A program made the translations under genes and the position numbers. This document shows, piece by piece, positions 40,357 through 50,926 of a stretch of 64,000 bases of DNA. The DNA lies in sequence record DRR378314_814; one strand, 5' to 3'. The notes below the pieces were generated by a model that ran no database searches, had not been told where the DNA came from, and worked only from the letters and a program-made list of their open reading frames with translations. Every line of letters starts with the position of its first letter. Within the stretch, counting starts at the first letter, position 1.

Positions 40357-41850
40357 TTATTTATGTGTTGGCATGACAAATTCCGCACCGGCCTTGATTG
40401 AATCCGGCCAACGGGATGTCACGGTTTTCACTTTTGTATAGAAGCGAACCCCTTCTGGTCCATGCTGGTTATGATCACCAAAAGCAGATGCTTTCCAACC
40501 ACCAAAGCTGTGGAAGGCGAGCGGAACAGGAATTGGAACGTTCACACCGACCATGCCGATTTCCACATTGTTGGAGAATGCACGGGCAACATCACCATTG
40601 CGGGTGAAGATAGAGGTTCCGTTTCCAAATTCGTGCTCATCAACCATGTTGATGGCATCATTAAAATCTGGAGCCCGAACAACAGACAGAACCGGACCAA
40701 AGATTTCTTCTTTATAGATCCGCATATCGGTTGTCACATTGTCGAACAGACAGCCACCCATGTAATAGCCATTTTCATAGCCCTGCAGCGAGAAATTCCG
40801 ACCATCAACAACAAGATCAGCGCCTTCGGTAATACCCAGATCCACATAGCCCTGAACTTTTTCCAGATGTTCCTTAGTGACCAATGGTCCCATATCACCA
40901 TCATCGGCACTTGGACCAACTTTCAATTCTGCAACCCGCGGCGCAAGACGCTCCATCAATTGATCGCCTGCATCACCGACGGCAACCGCAACAGAAATTG
41001 CCATGCACCGTTCACCGGCGGAGCCATAACCAGCGCCGATCAGGGCGTCAGCCGCTTTGTCCATATCCGCATCAGGCATGATAACCATGTGGTTTTTCGC
41101 GCCGCCCATAGCCTGAACCCGTTTGCCAGCAGTCGCTGCGCGGGAATAGACATATTTAGCAATTGGAGTGGACCCAACAAAGCTGATCGCTTTGACCCGC
41201 TCGTCATCCAGCAGAGTATCCACGGCAACTTTATCACCATGCACAACGTTCAATACACCTGCCGGGGCACCCGCTTCCAACATCAACTCGCCCAAACGAA
41301 CCGGCAAGGAGGGATCTTTTTCGGATGGCTTCAGAATAAAAGTGTTACCGCAGGCAATGGCAACCGCAAACATCCACATGGGAACCATGGCTGGGAAGTT
41401 GAACGGGGTAATTCCGGCAACAACGCCCAAAGGTTTGCGCATACTATACATATCAATGCCGGATGAGACATTATCCGAAAACTCACCTTTTAAGAGGTGC
41501 GGAATGCCACAGGCAAATTCAACAACTTCCAGACCGCGAATGATGGAGCCCTTGGCGTCGGAATGAACCTTACCATGTTCGCTGGACAAAAGAGCAGCCA
41601 GCTCATCAATATTATCTTCAACAAGCTGTTTGAATTTGAACATTACCCGCGCGCGGGTAATGGGGGATGTATTGGCCCATCCTGGAAAGGCTTCAAGGGA
41701 ATTGGCAATCGCATCACCGACTTCAGCCTCGGTTGCCAATGGGCATTCTTTCGTCTGCTCCCCAGTGCTGGGGTTATAGACCGGACTGGTCCGGCCGGAT
41801 TTGCCATCGACCAGTTTTCCGCCGATATAATGCTTGATCTGGGTTGTCAT
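40357..41850 (-). CDS. mmsA: CoA-acylating methylmalonate-semialdehyde dehydrogenase
   Basis: GITPFNFP, LKPSEKDP, SFVGST, GAKNH, GSAGERCMA, EEIFGPV, VGVNVPIPVP. Start ATG 41850. Confidence 0.95.
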   Translation of the reverse strand: MTTQIKHYIGGKLVDGKSGRTSPVYNPSTGEQTKECPLATEAEVGDAIANSLEAFPGWANTSPITRARVMFKFKQLVEDNIDELAALLSSEHGKVHSDAKGSIIRGLEVVEFACGIPHLLKGEFSDNVSSGIDMYSMRKPLGVVAGITPFNFPAMVPMWMFAVAIACGNTFILKPSEKDPSLPVRLGELMLEAGAPAGVLNVVHGDKVAVDTLLDDERVKAISFVGSTPIAKYVYSRAATAGKRVQAMGGAKNHMVIMPDADMDKAADALIGAGYGSAGERCMAISVAVAVGDAGDQLMERLAPRVAELKVGPSADDGDMGPLVTKEHLEKVQGYVDLGITEGADLVVDGRNFSLQGYENGYYMGGCLFDNVTTDMRIYKEEIFGPVLSVVRAPDFNDAINMVDEHEFGNGTSIFTRNGDVARAFSNNVEIGMVGVNVPIPVPLAFHSFGGWKASAFGDHNQHGPEGVRFYTKVKTVTSRWPDSIKAGAEFVMPTHK

Positions 41851-41966
41851 CTGTTTCGCTCCCATTAAGGTCATTCAATGCCCGGCACTTTACATGGGTA
41901 TAAATGCAAAGTAATCAGGTAAGATTGCAGATACTATGTGCAAAAATACACACACGGATCCTGATA

Positions 41967-42866
41967 ATGTTTGACTGGAATGATATCCGTTTCTTTTTGG
42001 AGCTTAGCCGCAAAGGCCGCCTGACGGAAGTGGCTAAAGCCCTGAAAGTAGACCATACGACTGTGAGCCGCCGGATTGCAACCCTGGAGGCGGAATTGGA
42101 TGCAAAACTCTTTGAGAGTTCGCCGCGCGGCTATGTACTGACGTCTGCCGGGGAGCGCCTGCTGCGAGAGGCGGAATTAATGGAAAGTGCATCCGCCACT
42201 ATTCAGGATATGGTGGGCGGAGCGAACCGAAACCTGACGGGCATTGTCCGGCTAGGTGTGCCGGAAGGGTTCGGCAGCCAGTTTCTATCGTGTGATATGC
42301 CGCAATTTCAGGCGCTGCATCCTGAAATCGAACTGGAGTTTGTTGCCAATGACCGCTTTGTCAGCCTGTCAAAGCGCGAAGCGGACCTTTCCATCACGCT
42401 GGAGCGCCCCCGCTCCGGCCGGCTGATTTCCAAGAAACTTACCGATTATACGCTTCGCCTCTATGCCAGTAAAAGCTATCTGGCCAATCACCCCCCGATC
42501 AACAGCATGGCGGATCTGAAGCGTCATACCTTTGTGTCTTACATCGATGAACTGGTTCCCGATCCGCAGATGCTGTATTTAAGCGAGTTCGTCTCCAACC
42601 CCAACGTAACCCTGAAAAGCTCCAGCATTGTCTTTCAGTTTCAGGCGGCACTGGCAGGCGGCGGGTTAAATATCATGCACTGCTTCGTTGCAGATCAACA
42701 CCCGAATCTAGTCTGTGTCTTGCCAGATGAAATTAAAGTGCACCGAACCTACTGGCTGAACACACCGGAAGATATTCATGATCTTGCGCGCATTAAAGCG
42801 GTCAGTCAGTTTCTATGTGAGCGGGTGGAAGCGCGCAAAGACGAGCTGATGGGACGCCTATTTTAA
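41967..42866 (+). CDS. LysR-family regulator divergent from mmsAB
   Basis: FDWNDIRFFL...LKVDHTTVSRRIATLE HTH, LSKREADL. Confidence 0.92.
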   Translation: MFDWNDIRFFLELSRKGRLTEVAKALKVDHTTVSRRIATLEAELDAKLFESSPRGYVLTSAGERLLREAELMESASATIQDMVGGANRNLTGIVRLGVPEGFGSQFLSCDMPQFQALHPEIELEFVANDRFVSLSKREADLSITLERPRSGRLISKKLTDYTLRLYASKSYLANHPPINSMADLKRHTFVSYIDELVPDPQMLYLSEFVSNPNVTLKSSSIVFQFQAALAGGGLNIMHCFVADQHPNLVCVLPDEIKVHRTYWLNTPEDIHDLARIKAVSQFLCERVEARKDELMGRLF

Positions 42867-42949
42867 CAGTTTTGGTCTTGCTTTAACACAAATCGCTTTT
42901 AATTTAGATAAATCTGATTCAATATATTTGACCAATCAGAGTTAATCAC

Positions 42950-43351
42950 ATGTTGCAAATTGCTGTCGAAAAAGTCTGTGACGTTATCATCAATGCACTC
43001 GCCCTCAATTCAGCTTATGAACAAGAAGGCGGTGATGATTTTGTTGATCTGCCCGTCATTGATGATGAGGTCGAATTTTCCACCAAAGAAGATGATCGCT
43101 ATATTGAGCTTCGCCGAGTGATCAACAAATTCAATATTGAGGAAAAGCAACATCTTGTCGCTTTGGCCTGGGTGGGCCGAGGGTCATTCAATTTGGAAGA
43201 ATGGGATGACGCCTTGTCTGAGGTGGATAATATCAACCCGGATCATATCGCCGATTATTTGATTAACATGGGCCAGTTGGGCGACTATCTGGAAGTCGGG
43301 CTGTCTGAATTGGGATATTCATCAGAAGAATTTGAAACCGGTATTCGTTAA
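42950..43351 (+). CDS. DUF3775-family protein
   Basis: LVALAWVGRGSF..EEW, ADYLI....LGDYLE.GL..LG. Confidence 0.8.
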   Translation: MLQIAVEKVCDVIINALALNSAYEQEGGDDFVDLPVIDDEVEFSTKEDDRYIELRRVINKFNIEEKQHLVALAWVGRGSFNLEEWDDALSEVDNINPDHIADYLINMGQLGDYLEVGLSELGYSSEEFETGIR

Positions 43352-43968
43352 GACAGGCGATCAAACCGCTCAACCGCTTCATCCAGGTCTTCAGGCCGAT
43401 TGATATTAAAAAACGGATCGCCCCCTTCTATCGACCATTCCACACTTCGCAGGCTATAGCGTTCAGCAAAGACAAGGATTTTTCGAAGCCCTTCCTCTGT
43501 TAAGGCCGCTTCCAAATCTTCCGCCAGGGAAAACGGCCAAAGGGAAATGACCGGATGAATACGATGATCTGAATAGGCCATGGAAATAGAAAAGACTTTT
43601 CCGCTGAGCCCGTCGGTTAATCGCTGCCCAAGGTCGGTAGGAATAAACGGCGCATCACAAGCAACACAAAGCATGTGACTTGCGCTCACACCCTTTTCCA
43701 TAAAATATTTAAGGCCTGTCAGAATTCCCGCCAAAGGCCCTAAATGACCATTTATAACATCCCCGCGGACCGGAAAATCATCTCGCTCCAAAGCTGTATT
43801 ACTGTTGATCAGGATATCACTGACTTGCGGCGTCACCGTGTTGATAACGTGATCAAGCAATGTCTCCGTCCCCAAGGATTTAAGGAATTTATGCTCTCCA
43901 CCCATGCGGCGGGAAAGCCCTCCGGCCAGAATGACACAGGGCGGTAAATCTGAGCCGCGCGCCTTCAT
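43348..43968 (-). CDS. mobA: Molybdenum cofactor guanylyltransferase
   Basis: ILAGGLSRRMGG, GPLAGI, CDAPF, FFNINRPEDL. Confidence 0.92.
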   Translation of the reverse strand: MKARGSDLPPCVILAGGLSRRMGGEHKFLKSLGTETLLDHVINTVTPQVSDILINSNTALERDDFPVRGDVINGHLGPLAGILTGLKYFMEKGVSASHMLCVACDAPFIPTDLGQRLTDGLSGKVFSISMAYSDHRIHPVISLWPFSLAEDLEAALTEEGLRKILVFAERYSLRSVEWSIEGGDPFFNINRPEDLDEAVERFDRLS

Positions 43969-44831
43969 TGACTTGCCTTTCGCTGGTGCTTCTTATCCTC
44001 TTCCTGAATTGCGGCAGGATCTGCATCAAACGCCAAGCGCCCTGCACCCGAAAGACATTGAAACCGTTTTCCTTTGGCCCGTCCGATTAAGGTCAGACCG
44101 GCTTGGCGGGCAAGATCCACACCCCAGGCGGTAAAACCACTTCGTGAAATGAGGATCGGAATTTCCATTTGCACTGTTTTGATCACCATTTCCGAAGTCA
44201 ACCGGCCTGTTGTATAGAAAATCTTGTTCTTGGGGGAAATCCCCTTGGACCACATATAACCGGCAATTTTGTCAATTGCATTATGCCGCCCGACATCTTC
44301 CATGTAGATAAGCGGTTTATCTTGCGCGCACAAGACGCACCCGTGAATAGCACCCACTTTGAGATATAAAGACGGCTGCTGATTGATCTTTCGCGACAGA
44401 GAATAAATCCAGGATGTTTTGAGAACCGCTTCGGGGTCGAGCTTTACCTGCTCGAACTTTTCCATCACATCGCCAAAGACGGTTCCTTGCGCGCAACCCG
44501 AGGTCTGGATCTTTTTCTTAAGCTTATCTTCAAAATCAGCCTCAGCCTCGGTGCGGACGATTACCACATCCAGATCCGCATCATACTCAACACCGCTAAT
44601 CTGATCCGTTGGGCTTAACATATTCTGATTCAGCAAATAGCCGATCGCAAGATATTTCGGATAATCCCCGATCGTCATCATTGTCACAATTTCCCGGGAA
44701 TTGAGATAAAGCGTCAAGGGCTTTTCAACAACAACCGGGACCGTGAATTTTTGGCCATCATGATCAAGGCCATCCACTTCTTCAAAGAGGCGCTGATCAG
44801 AGACATCTGGCGAGATTTCGAATTCCTTCAT
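43965..44831 (-). CDS. fdhD: Formate dehydrogenase accessory sulfurtransferase
   Basis: EKPLTLYLN, TSGCAQG, GAIHGC, EDVGRHNAIDK, TTGRLTSEMVIK. Start ATG 44831. Confidence 0.92.
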   Translation of the reverse strand: MKEFEISPDVSDQRLFEEVDGLDHDGQKFTVPVVVEKPLTLYLNSREIVTMMTIGDYPKYLAIGYLLNQNMLSPTDQISGVEYDADLDVVIVRTEAEADFEDKLKKKIQTSGCAQGTVFGDVMEKFEQVKLDPEAVLKTSWIYSLSRKINQQPSLYLKVGAIHGCVLCAQDKPLIYMEDVGRHNAIDKIAGYMWSKGISPKNKIFYTTGRLTSEMVIKTVQMEIPILISRSGFTAWGVDLARQAGLTLIGRAKGKRFQCLSGAGRLAFDADPAAIQEEDKKHQRKASQ

Positions 44832-44946
44832 GCCCTCACTATCTCCCGCCGGACAGATCTTGTAAAGGTCATCACTTAAGGGGTGACACAAAGTTGAAAT
44901 TCCGTATTGTTCCGGTGATCGAATTTAAAAATACCAAAGGCCAGAT

Positions 44947-45717
44947 ATGATCCAGAACCGTGCAAGCCTCTGCGAGACCATCACCCAGATAGCTATTGAT
45001 GCGGGCTCCCTCATCCTCGAAATCTATAATCAGGATTTTGATGTGAAAACCAAGGATGACAGCTCCCCCGTGACAGAAGCCGACGTGGCCGCTGAGAAGG
45101 TTATTCTGGCGGGGCTTGCAACGGCAACGCCGGATATTCCGGTCCTGGCTGAGGAAAGCGTAGAAGCAGGGCAGATACCGGATCTGTCCGGCGGGACTTT
45201 CTGGCTGGTGGATCCACTGGACGGGACCAAGGAATTCATTCATAAGCGCGGTGAATTTACGGTCAATATCGCACTTGTGGAAAAGGGGAAACCCACCATG
45301 GGCGTCATCCATGTGCCGGCCAAGAACACCACTTATTACGCCTTTGCCGAGGGGGAGGCTTATAAGGTTGATGAAACCGGTCAGACCGCCAAAATCGCGA
45401 TCCGCCCAGCCCCGTCTGATGGCTTGACGGTTGTTGCCAGCCGGTCCCACCGAACACCGGAAACCGATGAATATATTAACAAATACAAAGTCGCGGACCT
45501 GATTTCAGCAGGATCCTCACTCAAACTCTGTCTTGTTGCCGAAGGAAAAGCAGATCTGTATCCGCGTCTGGGCCGCACCATGGAATGGGATATTGGGGCA
45601 GGTCAGGCGATTTTGGAAGCGGCCGGGGGATCGGTTGAAACACTGGACGGTCAGCCGCTTGGCTATGGTAAAAATGGCCATGATAATCCGCATTTTGTGG
45701 CCAAAGGGAATGTGTAA
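44947..45717 (+). CDS. cysQ: 3'(2'),5'-bisphosphate nucleotidase
   Basis: SPVTEAD, LVDPLDGTKEF, GSSLK, YPRLGRTMEWD. Confidence 0.93.
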   Translation: MIQNRASLCETITQIAIDAGSLILEIYNQDFDVKTKDDSSPVTEADVAAEKVILAGLATATPDIPVLAEESVEAGQIPDLSGGTFWLVDPLDGTKEFIHKRGEFTVNIALVEKGKPTMGVIHVPAKNTTYYAFAEGEAYKVDETGQTAKIAIRPAPSDGLTVVASRSHRTPETDEYINKYKVADLISAGSSLKLCLVAEGKADLYPRLGRTMEWDIGAGQAILEAAGGSVETLDGQPLGYGKNGHDNPHFVAKGNV

Positions 45718-45738
45718 ATCACATCCCCTTTTCACGGT

Positions 45739-47058
45739 TTAAAGGCATTCCTGAAACTTGACGGGTTGCCCGGCTGATGGGCCCAGCAGTTCCCCATCGC
45801 GCATCACCTGCCGGCCCCGAATAATCGTACCAACGGGCCAACCTTCAACGGTTTTACCTTCGAACGGCGACCAGCCACATTTGGATTGCAGCCAATCTGA
45901 CGTGATTTCCTGTTTACGTTTCAGATCAATCAGGGTCAGGTCGCCATCAAATCCGAGGCCGATCCGTCCCTTGCCCGCAACACCATAAATCCGCGCCGGG
46001 CCTGCAGATGTTAAATCCATTACATGCTGCAAGGACAGCTCCCCTTTATTGCAATGATCCAACAGCAACGGCAGTAACGTTTGCACGCCCGGCATTCCCG
46101 ACGGGCTTGCCGGATATGGATTTGCTTTTTCTTCCTTGGTATGAGGTGCATGATCTGAGCCGATCACATCCACGACACCATCGCGCACCCCTTTCCAAAT
46201 CCCTTGGCGGTGATCCTCCGTCCGGATCGGTGGGTTCATCTGGGCGTAAGAGCCAAACTGCTCATAACAATCCGGCGCAGAAAGCGTTAAATGCTGCGGT
46301 GTCGTTTCAACGGTCGCAATATCTTTATACTGAGCGAGCAGACCCATTTCCTCTTTGGTGGTGATATGTAAAACGTGGATGCGGCGCCCAGTCTCCCGGG
46401 CAATTTTCAAAACCCGCTCCGTAGCACGATAAGCCACCACTTCATCCCGCCATACGGGATGATTTAGGACCGTATCCACCGCCAGATGACGCCGCTCCAG
46501 CAGTCTGGGCTCGTCCTCAGCATGGATGGCCACTCTGCGCGCCCCTGCGCTCAGGACCCTTCGGATATCCGCATCATTATCAACAAGCAGACTACCGGTC
46601 GAGGAGCCCATGAAGAGCTTCACGCCGCTCACGCCTTCCTGGCGCTCCAGCATCGGAAGGTTTTCCACGTTTTCAGCGGCCGCACCGATAAAAAAAGCAA
46701 AGTCAGTCCAGGCTTTTTCTCGTCCGCGCCGGACTTTATCCGCCATGTCGGCTGCCGTGAGGGTCAACGGATTGGTATTTGGCATTTCAAATATTGCAGT
46801 TACGCCGCCCATGGCCGCCGCGGCAGTACCGGTCGCCAGATCCTCTTTATGCTCAAGACCCGGTTCCCGAAAATGCACCTGACTATCGATCACACCTGGT
46901 AATATATGCAAGCCCGTCGCATCAATTTCATCGGTAGCGGTGTGGCCCCCCACATCCCCAAGGGCGACGATCTTTTCATCGCGGATCGCTATGTCCAGCT
47001 TATCAATGCCCCGATGAGAAACAACGGTCCCGTTTCTGATAATCAGATCTGCCTGCAT
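45739..47058 (-). CDS. Dihydroorotase-family amidohydrolase
   Basis: PGVIDSQVHFREPG, EMPNT, KLFMGSS, HAED, QMNPP, GSDHAPH. Start ATG 47058. Confidence 0.88.
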   Translation of the reverse strand: MQADLIIRNGTVVSHRGIDKLDIAIRDEKIVALGDVGGHTATDEIDATGLHILPGVIDSQVHFREPGLEHKEDLATGTAAAAMGGVTAIFEMPNTNPLTLTAADMADKVRRGREKAWTDFAFFIGAAAENVENLPMLERQEGVSGVKLFMGSSTGSLLVDNDADIRRVLSAGARRVAIHAEDEPRLLERRHLAVDTVLNHPVWRDEVVAYRATERVLKIARETGRRIHVLHITTKEEMGLLAQYKDIATVETTPQHLTLSAPDCYEQFGSYAQMNPPIRTEDHRQGIWKGVRDGVVDVIGSDHAPHTKEEKANPYPASPSGMPGVQTLLPLLLDHCNKGELSLQHVMDLTSAGPARIYGVAGKGRIGLGFDGDLTLIDLKRKQEITSDWLQSKCGWSPFEGKTVEGWPVGTIIRGRQVMRDGELLGPSAGQPVKFQECL

Positions 47059-47200
47059 GGGTCTACTCCTTTTGCCATTTGAAGACTTTGTAGACCTCAT
47101 TTAGGACCTTGCCAAGTGATGACCACTTGAAAGGTGAAAAGTTACTGTTAGGATACAGGACCGATCTGGTCTGATTAGCCGTTCGCAACCTGGAGAGATC

Positions 47201-48070
47201 ATGAAATATACCCCCCTCTCAAATCGCTCCCTTCTTCGCCTTCAAGGCAAAGATTGCTTCGATTTGCTGCAAAACCTGATCAGTAATGATCTGAAACCGA
47301 CACAGCAGGGAGATGCGATTTATTCTGCGCTGCTGACACCGCAGGGAAAATTCCTGCATGATTTTTTTGTGCTCCCCTGGAAGGACGCCCTGTATCTGGA
47401 CATCCTGTCGGACCGCAAAGACGACCTGATCAAACGGCTGACCATGTACAAGCTACGCGCAGATGTCACAATCGAGGATGTCAGCGATCACTATGGAATT
47501 TATGCGCTTTTTGGCGATGGGACCGCCCCCGCCGAAGCAGGTGACGGAGTTTTTCTCTATCAGGACCCCCGGCTTGCTGAATTGGGGTGGCGACTGGTGG
47601 CTGAGGGAACAGAGTTGCCGGCCGCGTTGCAAAATACAACGAAAACCCAACTGGATGAGTATACAGCCCATCGACTGGCCTTAGGTGTGCCTGACGGCGG
47701 CGCAGATATTCTGCCCGAAAAGAACTTCCTGCTGGAAGTGAATTTCGAAGAATTGAACGGAGTTAGCTTTTCAAAAGGCTGTTATGTCGGTCAGGAACTG
47801 ACAAATCGCACAAAATTCCGGGCAAAAATTCGCAAACGCCTGCTGACATTCACCTATGACGGAGAGATAACGGTCGGTGACGATATCCGTCTTGAAAATA
47901 AAACCATCGCGACAGTGACCGCGTTTCAAAAGCCCTACGGGCTGGCACTCACACGACTGGATGCGTGGCGGCGAATAGAAACAGAAAATCCGGCTGTAGA
48001 GCCGGCTGGCTTGATACTGTCAAAACCTGATTACGTAATCCTGCCCGAGCTGGAAGACGAAAAAGACTGA
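47201..48070 (+). CDS. ygfZ: Folate-binding Fe-S assembly/repair protein YgfZ
   Basis: LLTPQGKF, FSKGCYVGQE signature. Confidence 0.9.
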   Translation: MKYTPLSNRSLLRLQGKDCFDLLQNLISNDLKPTQQGDAIYSALLTPQGKFLHDFFVLPWKDALYLDILSDRKDDLIKRLTMYKLRADVTIEDVSDHYGIYALFGDGTAPAEAGDGVFLYQDPRLAELGWRLVAEGTELPAALQNTTKTQLDEYTAHRLALGVPDGGADILPEKNFLLEVNFEELNGVSFSKGCYVGQELTNRTKFRAKIRKRLLTFTYDGEITVGDDIRLENKTIATVTAFQKPYGLALTRLDAWRRIETENPAVEPAGLILSKPDYVILPELEDEKD

Positions 48071-48131
48071 CTTGACTTCAGTGCCTCATCCCGCCAAAGT
48101 GAACACAGAACAAATAGAGAACAATACGCGC

Positions 48132-48731
48132 ATGGAAAATGGTCTGAATATTGGGGAAAACGGGATCTGCCGCTGCAGTTGGTGCGGCGATGATCCCTTT
48201 TATCAAGCCTATCATGATACGGAGTGGGGGGTGCCGGTTTATGACAGTCGGGCGCTGTTTGAAAAATTGATTCTGGATGGGTTTCAGGCGGGCCTTTCCT
48301 GGATCACTATTTTGCGAAAACGTGAAAATTTTATCCGTGCCTTTGATGGGTTCGAGCCGGAAATCATCGCCCGTTATGATGCAGCTAAAGTCGAAGAGTT
48401 GATGGCCAACACAGGCATTATCCGCAACAGAGCGAAAATCAACGGAACCGTCACAGGTGCCCGCCTCTATCTGGAAATTGAAGACAAAGAAAACGGATTT
48501 TCAGATTTGCTGTGGAATTATGTGGACGGCCAACCCCTGCAACCTAACCGGAAATCCATGGCGGAAATCCCGGCGGAAACAGACTTAAGTCAGAAAATTT
48601 CCAAAGATCTTAAATCACGGGGCTTCAAATTTGTCGGCCCCACCATCGTCTACGCTTTCATGCAGGCAGTCGGCATGGTAAACGACCATCCTGCTGATTG
48701 TTTCAGATATCCGGATTTGGCAGAGGGTTAG
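48132..48731 (+). CDS. tag: DNA-3-methyladenine glycosylase I
   Basis: RCSW...YHDTEWG, FQAGLSW, IIRNRAKI, GFKFVGPT, GMVNDH...C. Confidence 0.93.
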   Translation: MENGLNIGENGICRCSWCGDDPFYQAYHDTEWGVPVYDSRALFEKLILDGFQAGLSWITILRKRENFIRAFDGFEPEIIARYDAAKVEELMANTGIIRNRAKINGTVTGARLYLEIEDKENGFSDLLWNYVDGQPLQPNRKSMAEIPAETDLSQKISKDLKSRGFKFVGPTIVYAFMQAVGMVNDHPADCFRYPDLAEG

Positions 48732-48732
48732 A

Positions 48733-48945
48733 ATGCGCCGCGACAGTTCCGACATGGTCAGCTATTACACAGACAAATATGGGGATGGCGTCTTGGACCG
48801 GCTGGAGGAAGCCGCCGCATTTTGGGAAGCCGAAGGCAATTTGTACTATCGCAATCGATTGTTACGGGTCCGCGACCGAATTCTGTTGGCCAGGGAAGAT
48901 CCCTTTACAGACGAAGACGGGGATTTAATATGGAACCGCGCCTAA
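48733..48945 (+). CDS. Hypothetical 70-aa protein
   Basis: ATG 1 nt after the tag stop with GAGGG RBS; fills the gap and overlaps the next start. Confidence 0.6.
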   Translation: MRRDSSDMVSYYTDKYGDGVLDRLEEAAAFWEAEGNLYYRNRLLRVRDRILLAREDPFTDEDGDLIWNRA

Positions 48946-49271
48946 AAGCCGAGATTTGGATCAAGGCCTACCTGCGCACCTGTAATTTCATGAATGTACC
49001 TGCCTTTGTGGTGCGAAGAGGTGATGAGACTGCAGGATCTATTCTTTTGAAAATTAACCGGTTAAATAATAATTGTATGGTCTTAAGCCCGATGACCAAT
49101 TTCCAAACCGGCAAAAGGCAATGGATGCAAAGCACAGGTGCTGACTGGGTGAGCGAGGAAGCGGCTGATGCCTATATTGAAAAACAGCTTAAATTTGATC
49201 CAGACCTTTGGGTCGTGGAAATTGAAGATCAACAAGGACGCCACTTGTTACAGGAAGATGTGATTTCCTAA
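48930..49271 (+). CDS. DUF1491-family protein
   Basis: MEPRLKAEIWIKAY, VVRRGDETAG, FDPDLWVVEIED. Confidence 0.85.
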   Translation: MEPRLKAEIWIKAYLRTCNFMNVPAFVVRRGDETAGSILLKINRLNNNCMVLSPMTNFQTGKRQWMQSTGADWVSEEAADAYIEKQLKFDPDLWVVEIEDQQGRHLLQEDVIS

Positions 49272-49288
49272 TGGCGTTCCGATAAGCC

Positions 49289-50926
49289 CTATCGTGGCAC
49301 GATTTGGCTCAAGCGCCGGCCCAGCTCCTGATCCAGCTCGCTCTGCCGGTTCAGCAAATCCAGATACCATTTATAACGATCTTCAAAATGCGCTGACAGC
49401 ATTCGGCCCTCGGCCACGTAAGCGCGGCCACGTTGCTGTTTACCCCGGCGGTAATCTGCATCATTGACCAACCGGACCAGACCGGCAGCAAAGTCAGAAG
49501 CGTTTTGACAAATCTCGGTAAACTCACCCGGTTGATCCGTATCTGCATAAACGACCGGACTGGCCAGTGGCACCGCCCCAGCGCCAGCGCTTTCAATTAA
49601 TTTCAAGTCTGACTTCATACGATTGAACTCTCCCTCTGCCAGGGGCATCAGGGAAATATGGCAAGTTTGCAGGATTTGCAGATATTGGTGATAACCGCCA
49701 AGACCATAAAATTTCTTATGAGGCGTTTTCAGTGCATCAAAGAAAGGACGGTCATGCAAAACAACAAATTCAAACGGCTGGGTCAGTTCCGCTAAAACTG
49801 AATTCAGAGCGGGCAGGACGTCACGGTAATCCTGTTCCCGGTTGAGTGCCCCATAGAATATTTTCACCGGCCCTTTAGGATCATCCAGATCCCGGGGGAG
49901 AAATCGGTTCAACTGATTTGGAAAAACACCGACCTCTGGATTATGTCTTCGGATCAGTCTGGCAAGAGCTTCATTGGTTGTTTGAACGGCATGAACACCG
50001 GCAAATGACAGATAATTATTTTCAGAAATTTTCGGCCACGGAGACGGATGATCATCAAAGTCAACGATGATCAGATAACCCGCACGGCGGAGCGCCAGCA
50101 AAATTTGAAGAGACGATTTAAAGGTCAGAATGGGTCGCTGCCAGATAAAGATTTTTTCAAGACCCGGTTCCTGCCGATTGGAAACGGACTGATCTTCGGA
50201 GACTTGAACCCGCACCCCCGGCAGGGATTGTAAAGCGATAAGCGGCTCATGCATCCGCACGTCGTTCACCCCACCAACTGGCTTCAGAACTTTGCCCTGT
50301 ATGTAAATTTTTCGGGCGGGCCTTTTCGTCAATCGAAAGTGAAAATGAGAGGCGCTCGAAATTCGCTGCAAAAGAGTTTTGGCATCATCCTGCAAAGATA
50401 GCCGGTCGTTCATATCCGCCAGGAATTTCGAAAATTCACGGTCCACAATTCGATCAATCCGATCCAGAATAAAATTCCCCTTTTGAACTTCCGCGCGGGC
50501 ATTTCGGGTGAATAAATCTGCTCGCTCGGAAAGTCGGGTCAGGTCCGCCTCTCGAATCTCTTTACTCTGCGGATCATTTCTGTTCAATCGACTGGCAGAA
50601 AACGGATTGGCGATTTCCAGAACGAGGACAGCATCCTCCGTCAGTCGCAATGTCAAATGCTCCGATAACCGCTGCATCAGACCTTCGACTGGTGTCAGCG
50701 CCAACAGCAGGACGGCATCAAATTGCACTGCGTCATCCTCTAATAGATGCGCGGCAAAAGCCATCAAGTCCATAAAGCTAGAGACCTGGGCCGCAGGAGA
50801 GAAAGACAAAAACGCCTCTTTTCCCGCTGAACTGTCAGGGCCCACAATGGCAATCTGCTGTGCCTGCCGGGGAATAATATTGACAGCAGCCATCAGGCGA
50901 TCGGTCATCTCCGATTTAAATGTCAT
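49289..50926 (-). CDS. Glycosyltransferase (GT-B like) with a divergent N-terminal domain
   Basis: C-terminal IVDFDDHP, FYGALNR, PL....FNRMKSDLKLIE, LASPVVY. Confidence 0.75.
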   Translation of the reverse strand: MTFKSEMTDRLMAAVNIIPRQAQQIAIVGPDSSAGKEAFLSFSPAAQVSSFMDLMAFAAHLLEDDAVQFDAVLLLALTPVEGLMQRLSEHLTLRLTEDAVLVLEIANPFSASRLNRNDPQSKEIREADLTRLSERADLFTRNARAEVQKGNFILDRIDRIVDREFSKFLADMNDRLSLQDDAKTLLQRISSASHFHFRLTKRPARKIYIQGKVLKPVGGVNDVRMHEPLIALQSLPGVRVQVSEDQSVSNRQEPGLEKIFIWQRPILTFKSSLQILLALRRAGYLIIVDFDDHPSPWPKISENNYLSFAGVHAVQTTNEALARLIRRHNPEVGVFPNQLNRFLPRDLDDPKGPVKIFYGALNREQDYRDVLPALNSVLAELTQPFEFVVLHDRPFFDALKTPHKKFYGLGGYHQYLQILQTCHISLMPLAEGEFNRMKSDLKLIESAGAGAVPLASPVVYADTDQPGEFTEICQNASDFAAGLVRLVNDADYRRGKQQRGRAYVAEGRMLSAHFEDRYKWYLDLLNRQSELDQELGRRLSQIVPR

